A stretch of 64,000 bases of DNA, taken from positions 46,482 to 110,481 of the forward strand of contig RHPI01000732.1 in the NCBI GenBank assembly GCA_009103225.1, given 5' to 3'. Position 1 is the stretch's first letter, and the number at the start of each line of letters is the position of its first letter. The position numbers were made by a program, and so were the translations under genes. Positions 26,933-37,200 of this stretch are shown piece by piece. The notes beneath the pieces are model-generated. The model ran no database searches. It saw only the letters and a list, made by a program, of their open reading frames with translations, and was not told the origin of the DNA. Source of the stretch: Chlorokybus atmophyticus (taxonomy: Eukaryota; Plantae; Mesostigma and Chlorokybus algae).

Positions 26933-29449
26933 CGCAGCCAGAGCTCTTCTGCTTGCTGGGTCTTAAGGACCCCCCTTTGTCCTCTGCCTCTGCCAATTCG
27001 ACCTTGTTGTGGTGGTTGGTAGTCACGGGGAGGCCTTTGCGTCAGAGTATCTAGTGCTGGCTGTGGTGGAGATGATGGTGGATGCCGCCTTGAAAGGATG
27101 GGATCATGCCTGTCGGCGTCCCCCATGGTTGTGAAGGAAAGCTCGGTAGATCCGGTGTTTGCGGGCCTGCCTCATGTTCTGCTTATTCTGCGGCGTACGT
27201 TCATCGGACAGCATAAGCTGCCTCTCTGACCAATGTCCCTTCCCACGTGGCTGTGGGCTCTGTGTCCACATTGGTCTAGTGGTGATATTGTGGCATGGGC
27301 TGCAGGAATATCGCGCGCAGTAATTGCTGCCGCATGTTGTGAGTGATGGTGGGGACTCGCAAGATCCCTGACATGTAGGCATCCCATCTGCCTTGTACCA
27401 CGCTTACATCGAGCACGGTCATATCGCGCGCCCATATGGTGCATTAGAGGTCAATCTGCTGTAGCTCGGGGATACGCCGGCGTTGCCGTGCTGATTCTAC
27501 TCCCGGTAGCCGCAGCATTGCGTCCTGCACTGAAGGACGGACCGGACTTCAGATTGTCTGGCGCAGTGGTGGCAGCTTCATCGTATGCTTGCCGCAGCGC
27601 GCGGATGAATGCCCCCAACTATAATGCTCTGGTGCCAAAGGCGAACATGGGGATAACGGGGTGATGAGCCACATGACGAGTCATGCTCGAGAGGCGCTGC
27701 CTTTTGGCATCCCCATAATCTGTCTCAATGCACTGCCCTTGGGCCGATGCAGCATGACTGCTTGCCGTATGAGAGCAATACGGCGTTGGTGCTTTCCTAC
27801 AATACAAGCTCCTCCTCGCTGGGTGGTGTCTCCTTATGGGGTGAGGTAACGTCGCCATGCATCCCGCTGATCGTCGAGCATACCATCGACCAAAGGGGGC
27901 AGTAGCGGGGCGATTACCTCCCTTAATTCTTGCGCCAACGCCCTCGCTTAATTAGCAATCTGCTGGCCTTAGCTGTGTGACTGTGGTTGGCGCTGGTGGC
28001 AGGACGGCAAGTGCAGTGGCGGTGCCGGCGACATCTGACGGCCCCGCGGGTTGCACTGCAGCGGCGCGTGCTGCTGCGTACGCCTGTCGGCGTGCGCCAA
28101 CTTGCGCGGCCTGATCTTGCCAATAGCGATGTGCCTGCTCAAGAGCAGAGAAGGTGACTCCCTTGTGTGAGCCCACGGAGTGCCGGGTCAGCGCCCAGCG
28201 GCATGTTTGAGGTGACCACCACGAGGCTTTGCACTCGGCGATGATGTAGTACGAGCGGGTCCAGCGATGAGGGCTCGAAGTCACTCTGTTGAGATGGCAT
28301 TGGCTGATGTGATCGGCCGGGTGCGTCTGACAGCCTGGCGTGCAACGCCAGGAACAACTGAATTGCCAACTCCAACACAGCAGGGCGCCGGTGAGTGACT
28401 CCGAAGAGACAATCTCTCATTTCAGGAGTAGTGCCGGCTGAAAATTTCATCTTTCAGCTTGTGTTTGGTGGGGTCTGGCAGGGTATGATATTCAAGCGGT
28501 GGTAGCAGCAGAATGCGATCATCTCGTGCTACGTGCATTGTGCATTGCCCCCCCCCCCCCGATCCGTACGCAACGGTGGTGGGCTCGATGTTGAGTAAGA
28601 TGGACACCGAAGCGCGCTCTACTTGCGCTCCGCGTGACATTTGTTGAATGACATCAAGGTGCGGAGGAGGGGCAGCACGAACCCCTAATTATGCGGCGGT
28701 AGTGGCAGCAGGGGCTGACAGAGGTGCGGCAACATCAACTGCAGCAACAAATGTGGCACCTGCAGCAGTCGTGGTGACGGAGGTCGCCGCCATGAGCGTT
28801 GCAGCAGTCGTGGCTGGTGCAGTGTTTTTAGCTGTAGCGGGTGTGGTGCCAACACCACTAGTGGGTTCGCCAGCCATGGCTGCATCAGCCTCAATCCCGG
28901 TCATCTCTGGCGCCAATGTGGTGCTGGGTGTATCCGCACTGACGGCACCTGCAAGTGTTGCTGTGGACGTTGTCGTCCCAGCAAGGGTTGTGACTGCCGA
29001 GCCAGCCCCACTTGTAGCTTCCAATGATGCTGCTATTGCTGATGCGCCAGCCTCTTTGCGCGCACGACTTGATGGTTGAACACGCGATGGTGTGGGGGTG
29101 TCTCTTTCGCGCTTAGGTGCCATCAATGCCCATCGGGCAGCCTAGCTGGCTTGGTAGTTTTGATCCTTGTTTTCTTCAGACTGGGCCACTTGTGTCTTAA
29201 GGGCCGCGACTTAGTCGACAGCTGGTGAACTGGCTGATGATTTTACAGCAGCAGCTCCAGTGCGAGGACGTCCCTCGGGTCCCATGCGCTGTGGAGGGCA
29301 GTTCTTCCCTCCGTAGCCAGTGTTTTTTTTTTTAGCGCCGGCGTGGTTGTTGTTGGGGTTGTGGCCACCATTGTTGCTGCTGTTGTAACCACCGTTGCTA
29401 TTGTTGTAGCCCCCGCTGTTAACGTTGTTGTTGTTGTTGTTGTTGTAGC

Positions 29450-30675
29450 CAATAGAGGGCCGCAGCTCGGAGAACTAGAGCCAGCATACTGCCTCTAAGT
29501 GTTCTTCTTGTGGCAGTAGTCGCACCCAAGGTTGCCATAAGCTTTGGTGCACTCCTTTTTGTAGTGCCCATGTCGACCACACCGATGGCACAGCACTGGA
29601 GCAACAAGGGCATGAGCTGACCGTTTGTCCTTGTTGCGCGTGACTTGAGCATCCCGACTGCGGTCTCGTTGAGGGGGCTCAGCATTTGTGCTTGCTATAG
29701 GACGTGAGGTGCTTTGGTTGGTGTCCAACACGGCCTTCTCACACACCGCACGCTTGTGAATGGCTTGTGCAGTCTCAAAAGCTTCCTTAAGGGTGTAGCG
29801 AAGGGGTCTGCTGTAGTTCAGTGTCATATGTGTCGACTCACCAAAGGTGGGGTCCAACTCATCCATGTACACCACAGCGGCTGCCTCCTCACTGACAATC
29901 TTGTCGTCAGTGTTCTTAAGTACTCCTTCCAGCCGCGAATACAGCGGAGGGGGTCCTCACTGGGCTCCCGTTGAAAGTGTTTCAACTCCTCTACCTTGCT
30001 GTTGGTCTGGGGTGGGAAGGTACGCCGCAGTGCAGCGTACAAGTCCTTGAGAGGAGAGTCTGACATGATAGCACCAACGGTGATGGCTGGTGCACGCAAC
30101 GCCACCGAGCCAAGTGCGAAAAGGCTGCCTCCTGCCGGAGTATGCGAGCCCAGTGTTAGTGGTACTGGTGTCGCTATTTTCAAGGCTGCAGCTTGTTGCT
30201 CAGCTTGCTGAGCCTTGATGATGGCAGCGGTGCGGTTAAGCACTCTGGTCCGTCAGTCGGCCTTCTTGTTGACCTCGACCTCTGCAAGTGTTAGCGAGGC
30301 AACAACCAGCTCGACTTCTTCGTCCTCTGCCTATTGCATACCTGCAGCTAACGCCCGCCCAGTGACTAGGGTTGGAGGGACCACTGCTGCTGAGCCAGCA
30401 GCTGCTGGGCTTTGCCTCGATGCAGGTGCTATGGTGCTGGCAAGCTCACCATAGCCATCAACTATGTGCAGCTCAGCAATGGACTTCCACACATCGTGTG
30501 TCTCATGATCAAGGTACTGAGCCATGATATGGAATGACACCTCAGCTGACCAGTCTTTGTTCTTGAGGGCTTGCTGCCGCATCTTGGAATAGAACTTGAT
30601 GATGAACTCCTTAAGTGGTGTGGTGCCCGCACATTCGGAGCAGCGCAGAGAGTTAGTTGAGCTGAAAGGCTCCAT
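29450..30675 (-). pseudogene. Gag with CCHC zinc knuckle
   Basis: MEPFS..LKEFIIKF..; VEELKHFQREPSEDP; CHRCGRHGHYKKEC, followed by a second degenerate knuckle CDYCHKK. Stops and frameshifts are present. Confidence 0.75.
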
Positions 30676-31095
30676 TCTTTCGTCGTCACTATTTAACGGA
30701 GGTGGAGAAAAAGAAGAAGAAGCTTAATAGCGAGGAGTGAAGTGGAAGGAGGTGAAGCCGAAGATGGGGCAAGAGCCTCCGCTGCTGCAGGTAACTGCTT
30801 TCTTCACTTGCTCGCTCGTAGCTGAGGTTGGAGGTTGGGCTCCGGTGAGGTCCCCCTCGTCTATTGAAGAATGGGGTGGGCCTGCTCATACAGCTGATGC
30901 GATAGTGAAAGTGTATAAAGGGTAGAGTGTTTGTGCTCTATAAAGCTATCTTCATGCTGCTACCACGCAACGCACTAGTGCTTGTGCGCACCATGTGATG
31001 CTAGTGATAATGATGCACGAGGGTGTATTTATCTGCAAGCTGCACTTATGATGTGCAGGATGCAATCACACTCACTTTAGCAAAGAGGGTGACAC

Positions 31096-31665
31096 TGTAA
31101 GTCAACAAGCCACTATTATAGGTAGTGCTGTTTACATAGTTCTTTGCATGAGTGGAAAAATGTGTTACACTGTTAAGTGAGGTGAATGAGCAAGCAACAC
31201 ATGGATGCTATGCCCTAATTAGTGCCATCAAGCACACCGCGACCAAGCGCACCAAGCTCACAGCAATGAGAAACACACTGCACACGAGCATGCAAACTCT
31301 CACACGGTGAGGGGATTTTTGGTAACCGGGACGACGTGTTCGTAGTTCAAGTCGCTTCACAAGCTCCTAGCTTTCTCACTCACAGCATCACCAGTTGATC
31401 CGGTGAACACCGCGTCGTTTTATACAAGTCAAATTGTAACTGTTTGAAACATGGCTAACGGTCATATCGGGACTATTCCCACAAGAAACCCCCACTCGAT
31501 ATAGAACATAACTTATAACTGAATTCACAACTTCAACAGCTAAGCGCGGTGCTTATGTAGGCTACTCAGTAACGCGCGCGGGCCAGTATGCTGATAATCC
31601 AGGCGAGGGTCTTAATATAAGCATGCCCGATGCAGGCTGGCACACAAGGACAATGGGCATGACAG
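31096..31665 (-). repeat. 5' LTR remnant (block A' only), ending ...TTACA, with a TATA box
   Basis: Aligns to 20951-21547, apart from a ~42-bp indel. On the minus strand, TATAAAA lies at 31424-31418 and the terminal CA at 31097-31096. Confidence 0.85.
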
Positions 31666-31739
31666 TTAGTGCAACGCGTGCAAGCAGTCCAATTTGGTTC
31701 ATCAACAACTAGCGCATGGCAAGCAAGTACGCACTACTC

Positions 31740-33560
31740 AGTGTATGCGGGCAACATATATTCTCTACCAACATATAGAGGCGTTGGTAGGACACGCCAC
31801 ACTGCTCTCCTTGTAGCATATACATCTTGCCTCGGAGCGTAGCCAGCAAAGGATCCATGGCATAACCATATGATTGCATGTCTTGCAACAACTGCACCAT
31901 TTCACTCACGAATTGCTCATGCAAAGTACAAATGCATGCAAACCGCACGAACTGTCATACGACCACACCTAGCCTGGCGGACTTGGCAATGTGATTGCCT
32001 TGGTGTGGCGCCTTGCGTCTTGGGATAAACCGGAATGGTGCGATGGTGAGCTTATTGTACACAAGGGTGCACAACCCAACATCTGGCGACTGAAACACAA
32101 GTAAGTTTAAAGAAGGAATGCAAATGCCACGAGCTGTTTCAAGCTGTGTTAGCATGTGCCTGGGGTGAATGCCATTACCTGGTGCGGCTGGGTTTAGATA
32201 CAATCAAGCAGAATTCTTGGGCAAGCCCACCACCAATAAGTCATCAACATATCTGCAAACCTCAAAGCGCGAGGTCTCTGCCCCGCTGCAACCAGCCCGT
32301 GTACAAAGTCCAACTCGCATATCAGAAGGTTATTATTGGCAATGTATACCCCCGTGTTATTGCCCATGGGGTTACCAATGACATGGCGGTGCAACTCATC
32401 CTGAGAAGTTTTGACATACAGGTTAGCAATCGAGTACTCTAGCATCGCATGCAAGTCATCTGCCGTGAACACTCTCGTGGTGCCCTCTCTCGTTACTGTT
32501 GCACCCCTCACCCAAGTATGTGTGACATCACGGTCCTGTATGTTGATGTGCAAGTGCGTCTTGCGGTATCGACGCAGCACACAATTAACCACCCTGATAA
32601 CTAATGACCTTATGCGCACCAACAAGTTGAAGTGCCAAGTTAGTGTACAATGTGGTAAAGCAAATTGACTGCAACAACAACTGCTCACGCTTCTGCTGTG
32701 CTCTTCTTGTCATGTTGAAGTGCTGCTGCAGCCGGGTGAAGCCCAAGGAGTCCTTCAATATCCAACTTTGCAATTGCTCTCCCAGTGCTTCACTCCACAA
32801 CACATTAATGACACATGTCATGCCCTTGTATGACCTTGTGAACCAGATAGAGGCATCTGGCAAAGTGGTGCCATAAGCAGCAATAAAACGAGGGCGGACT
32901 CTTGTGCAATCTAATAGTCGTGTACAAATGCGGCAAGGTCATTGGCATCGCCTGTTTGTGTGAGGCAAAGCCATGCGCGTTGTTGTAAGTCTGATGTTGA
33001 CTCCGTACGTCCTGCACGGTGTCGTGGCAGAGTTCATATGAAGGCGTATGTGCAGCTCTGCACACAAGCATTATAAGTAGAAAGACTTGCACAACAACAT
33101 AATGGTACCAGCACACTTATCAACTTGTATGACCACCATGCATTGGTGCATGTTCTTTAACAAGTTCTTGTCAGTGTCAGACATAGCATATGGCAACCAG
33201 TGTTGCACACGTTGTAAACTCAGTGCAGCTGCATGCTCGCGGACGTATGCCATCAGCATCGTTGTCCACGGTGCCGGGACCCCTGGTTGGTTATTGCGGG
33301 CCTTAAAGGCTTCCACAAAGTTGCAAATGCCTTTATTCACGGCCATCGGTGTCTTCTGCAATGCAGCAATGCAGCAATGCCTAGTGACCGAAATCCATTT
33401 CCACAAGCAAACAACTCCCGCAAGAAGTCTGAGCCCGTAAATAAAATATGCACAGGTGAGCACATAGTTTCGTATGCACGAAAGGCGTATAATGGGGCTC
33501 AGCACATCCACAAGCATACTCTTGCAACACTCCATGTGCTTGGACGCTGATATGAGTGCA
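31740..33560 (-). mobile_element. Penelope-like element (Chlamys/Naiad-type) reverse transcriptase remnant
   Basis: VIQVDKCAGTIMLLCKSFY; LPHLYTTIRLHKSPP-RFIAA; IGNPMGNNTGVYIAN..ELDF; frameshifted RYVDDLL; thumb KSARLGVVV*QFVRFACIC..GY. These are PLE-type rather than LINE- or LTR-type motifs. Confidence 0.72.
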
Positions 33561-34112
33561 ATATGATTCGTCCCTTATGCAATATACAAACTGTAGTGTC
33601 TTGATCAACTTTGTTGTTTGAAAAATAGGAGCTAAACCTTATTCGTTTTTGAGACTAATACAAGGTTGCAGCATACTCGGGTTGAGATTCAAGAATTTCT
33701 TAAACTACTCCTAATTTATATGTACCTCGTTACAATTTTTAAACAACTTCTTTTATTGAATAAACGTGAATCTCATGTAATAAGGTTGCATATATCAGTA
33801 GGCTGCTTATTGGATGAATCCGAAAAAGGGACAGTACATAGCATAATGGTGCGCAGTGCACCACCTTGTCAGAACACTGTGCACCCTAGTACTGATAGGG
33901 TTGTGAGATGGGGGGCACTTTGCACTACATAATTGGGTCAATGCGGTAGTGTGCTTGTAACAGTTGCGTGGCATCACGAGACTACAAGCACGTCATTGGT
34001 TGAGACAGGTGGTATCCTTATATGTAGTTGAGACCATGGCACGTCGTCGAGTTGCGCAGTGGCGTCGTGCATTGTACGTCGACCATTGATGACAGCGTTG
34101 GCATGCGCGCGC

Positions 34113-34126
34113 TAGGGTTAGGGTTT
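34113..34126 (-). promoter_or_regulatory. Telo-box (AAACCCTA) about 100 bp upstream of the PIE1 start
   Basis: Plus strand TAGGGTTAGGGTTT equals AAACCCTAACCCTA on the minus strand; the position is typical of plant telo-box promoter elements. Confidence 0.4.
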
Positions 34127-34215
34127 GCTTAGAGCGGCTTAGAGGAGTTTGGCGGGAGCGGCGGTGTCGGTGGCGGTGTGGCCGAGTGGGTCGGCGGGAT
34201 GAGGAGGCGTTGGCG

Positions 34216-37200
34216 ATGGCGGTGACGCGCCAGAAGGAGCGGGCGGAGGCCCGTCAGCTGCGACCCAGGCCGCAGTCGCAAGCTGGAGCTGGTACAGGCA
34301 AGCAGCAGGTGACCTCTCCTCGCACAACTCCGCTAGTGTCGCCCCGCCATGCGCCCAGCCCAGGCGCCGCTGCGGCAGCTGCGGCAGCACATCAGCATGC
34401 TGCCGATCTCAAACATAAACTGGCTGAGAGGTCGCCCGGCGCCAGATCCTCCCCCAGGCTGAAAGCAGCGTCGCTTCCGTCCCCTCCTGCTGCCGTCAAA
34501 CCTGCCTCCCCCAGGCCGAAAGCGTCACCCTCCCCTGCTGCCAGCAAACCCGCCTCCACCCAGACACCACAGAACACGCCGAAGGACAAAGCCAAGCAGG
34601 AGGTCGACAACGACAGCGGCAAAAAAGCACGCAAGGTGGTGGAGCTTAAGGATGAGGGCGACGACAACAATGCTAAGAAGTTGCGTAGGGTTGTGCAAGT
34701 CAAGAACAAGGACGAGGCCAACAACAGCGGCGGCAAGGAAGCACAGAAGGTAGTGGAGACCAAGGATGACGCAGACAATATCAGCAGGAGGTTGAGGAGG
34801 ACGCAGCAGGACACTGCGAAAGAGTTAGCATTGAAGGAGGAACAGCGGAAAAATGCTGAGGAGCTGGCCAGATTACAGCACGAAGCAGCCGTACTGGAGC
34901 ATGCAGCGCAGATCAAGGCCAATGCTTTGGTGAGTTTAGTGCGTCGCGATTGAGCACAGTATGTCTAAGTGCTCATGCATGAAGGCTTACGCTATCGCGC
35001 TTCAGTTGTTGCAAGAGCTTGGAAAGGACAAAAGCAAGAAGCTGACGATGCAAAAGTCCACGGAGCCACTGCGCATGAAAACGCATTGGGACTTTCTGCT
35101 CGAGGAGATGGCCTGGCTTGCCAAGGTATGCAGGGGACGCGCATGTTATGACCACATTACTTGCCGCATGTTGCTAGCGGGTTGATCTAAGTTGATTCGG
35201 TAGGACTTTGAACGCGAGCGTAGGTGGAAGCTGCAGCAGTGCAAGAAGATTGCTCAGCGGGTGTCAAAATCTTACCTTGATGAAGCTGCCCGCAGCGACC
35301 GCCGCGAGAAGGTGCCAATCTGCTACTTGTTAAGTTTTCTTGCTTGCGTTGCTAAGGCATGGAGTTTTCAGGAAGCTGAAAATAGAACACGAAGAGTTGC
35401 ACGAGGCATTGCGTTTGAAGTAAGAAAGTTTTGGGTGAAGATTGAAAAGCTGGTGAGCACACAGCTTGTAGAGCCTGTGATTGTCAGATTGCGAGAGAGA
35501 GACCTGATGTTGTATGACAACATGATAGGCTGCTTACAAGCATCAACTCGCGGTGGAGGCCAAGAAAAAAGCAGCACTTGACAAGCACCTTGACTTCTTG
35601 GTTGGACAGACGGAGCGCTACTCGAGTATGCTTGCGGAAAACCTGGCCGATAAGGGCAACAGCAGCACCCTTCCGTTACCATCCTCACAGGGTGGAACCC
35701 ACCACGATCGTGCTGGTGCGCCTGTAACTGAATCGGCAGCAGCAAAGCCATTGGCATCAGCCACAGATGCTCCCGACACTCCCTCAGTGTCTCAGCCTGT
35801 AACCGTGGATGCTGTTGAGAGCTCCCCTGCTGAGTTGCGTGTAAGTGAGCCGCCACAGCCGCCCAAGCCTGATGGTGTGGCAATCGTTTCCTCACCACGC
35901 GCCCAGGATGATAGCACTTTGACCCCTGTCGTGCGAGAAGACCCTGAGGCAGCTGAGCCTGGCGGATCTGGTGTTCATGCAGTGGAGGTGCAGTTGGATA
36001 CTGAAGACAATGTGCAGGTTGGCGTTAGTACTAGTGACGTGTACTCGACCGCTGCACATTGTGCACACCAGGGCCATGTCGCGGTCATATAGTGAATACC
36101 AGGGTAGTGTTTTTGAGTGAGCACGTTCCTCATTCTGGTTGTGTTCACAGGGTAATGATGACTATCGGCCCAATGGGGCTGGTGAGTTGTCAGAGGTAGG
36201 CCGCGCTATTGGTATCGCCAACATAGCATTGGCATTGGCAGTCATTACGTGATGTGCACAGGCTTCTCATTGTAACTCATTGCTTTGTGGCAACCAGGAT
36301 GATGAGGCTACTCTGGAAGAGGAGGAACGTTTGGCAGCTGCTGATGGCCACGTCAATGCAGACGATGAGGTAGGTTGTTGGCTGTAGTTATCCCTGATCT
36401 GCCGCAGCATCGCCTCAATCGCATTCAAGTTCAAGTGCATTGATTGCATTGCGTTCGTAGGTGGATGCCCTGCAGCGAGAAAATGAGTTATCAGTAGAAG
36501 AGTTGCTGGCTCGGTACCAGCAGGTGAGCCAGTTGAAGCGCTGCGTAGTGGTTGCGAACATGGGATGTTAAGGCTGATCAAGACAGCCAGCCAAGAAAAC
36601 CTGTCACTAACCCCTTCCCTGCTCCGTTGTCTACAGCAGCGCTCGCCCTCCCCAACATCAAACTCTGTGGCTTCGCCGGCGGAATCAGAAGGGACTGAAG
36701 GTGCTGAAGAGTATGTCAAGGATGCCGAACCGTCCAGCACTATCCAGCTTGTGAATGGGGATACCTTGCCTACCGCAGGGCAGATTGGCGTCGACGACAC
36801 CGTCATGAACGAACCACTTTTGCAGGAATGCGACACAACCAACAACAGTGCACAAGAGTTCGCCATTGGCAAGGCTGCCTCTATTGAGACGCCTGTAGAG
36901 CCTTCACCTCTTGTTCCGGCAGCAGTAGCAGCAAACTCTTCCAATCCTGAACAACACAGAGAGGAAGACGAGGCCCAAATGAGCGACCAAAAGACAAGTG
37001 TAGAAAGGTTGCAGGATGCAGCAGCTGCGGCATCAGCTGCTCAGCCAACAGGCTACACATTCCAAACCACGAAGGTATGGACATTGTTCAGCATTTTTCG
37101 GCAAAGTTGTCCTGAGTTATGTGTGTGTGCCGGCGTCATACCATGCATACAGTGCATGGTAACCGTCTAAGTTGCCACTGTGTGTCAGGTGAAAACTAAG

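Larger units (their letters stand above)
20706..31665 (-). mobile_element. Ty3/gypsy LTR retrotransposon (decayed): gag - extra ORF - protease - C5 DNA methyltransferase - RT - RNase H - integrase - PHD finger, with permuted terminal repeats
   Basis: Domain order is from minus-strand translations. Repeats B (20706-20950) and A (20951-21547) and B' (21548-21769) lie on the left; A' (31096-31665) lies on the right. TTAG at 20702-20705 and 31666-31669. Many stops and frameshifts. Confidence 0.9.

Noticed and set aside
28590-28625. LLNIEPTTVAYG resembling the Hsp70 motif IINEPTAAAIAYG
   Set aside because: Too short, and no other Hsp70 sequence is nearby.
29320-29336. Poly-A (minus strand) as a gag-pol slippery site; also the poly-C at ~28547-28560
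   Set aside because: The element is heavily decayed and homopolymer lengths are unreliable, so a programmed frameshift cannot be inferred from one copy.
20706-31665. DIRS/PAT/Ngaro classification because of the split direct repeats
   Set aside because: The RT, RNase H, protease and DDE integrase are Ty3-type, and no tyrosine recombinase (R-H-R-Y) was seen.
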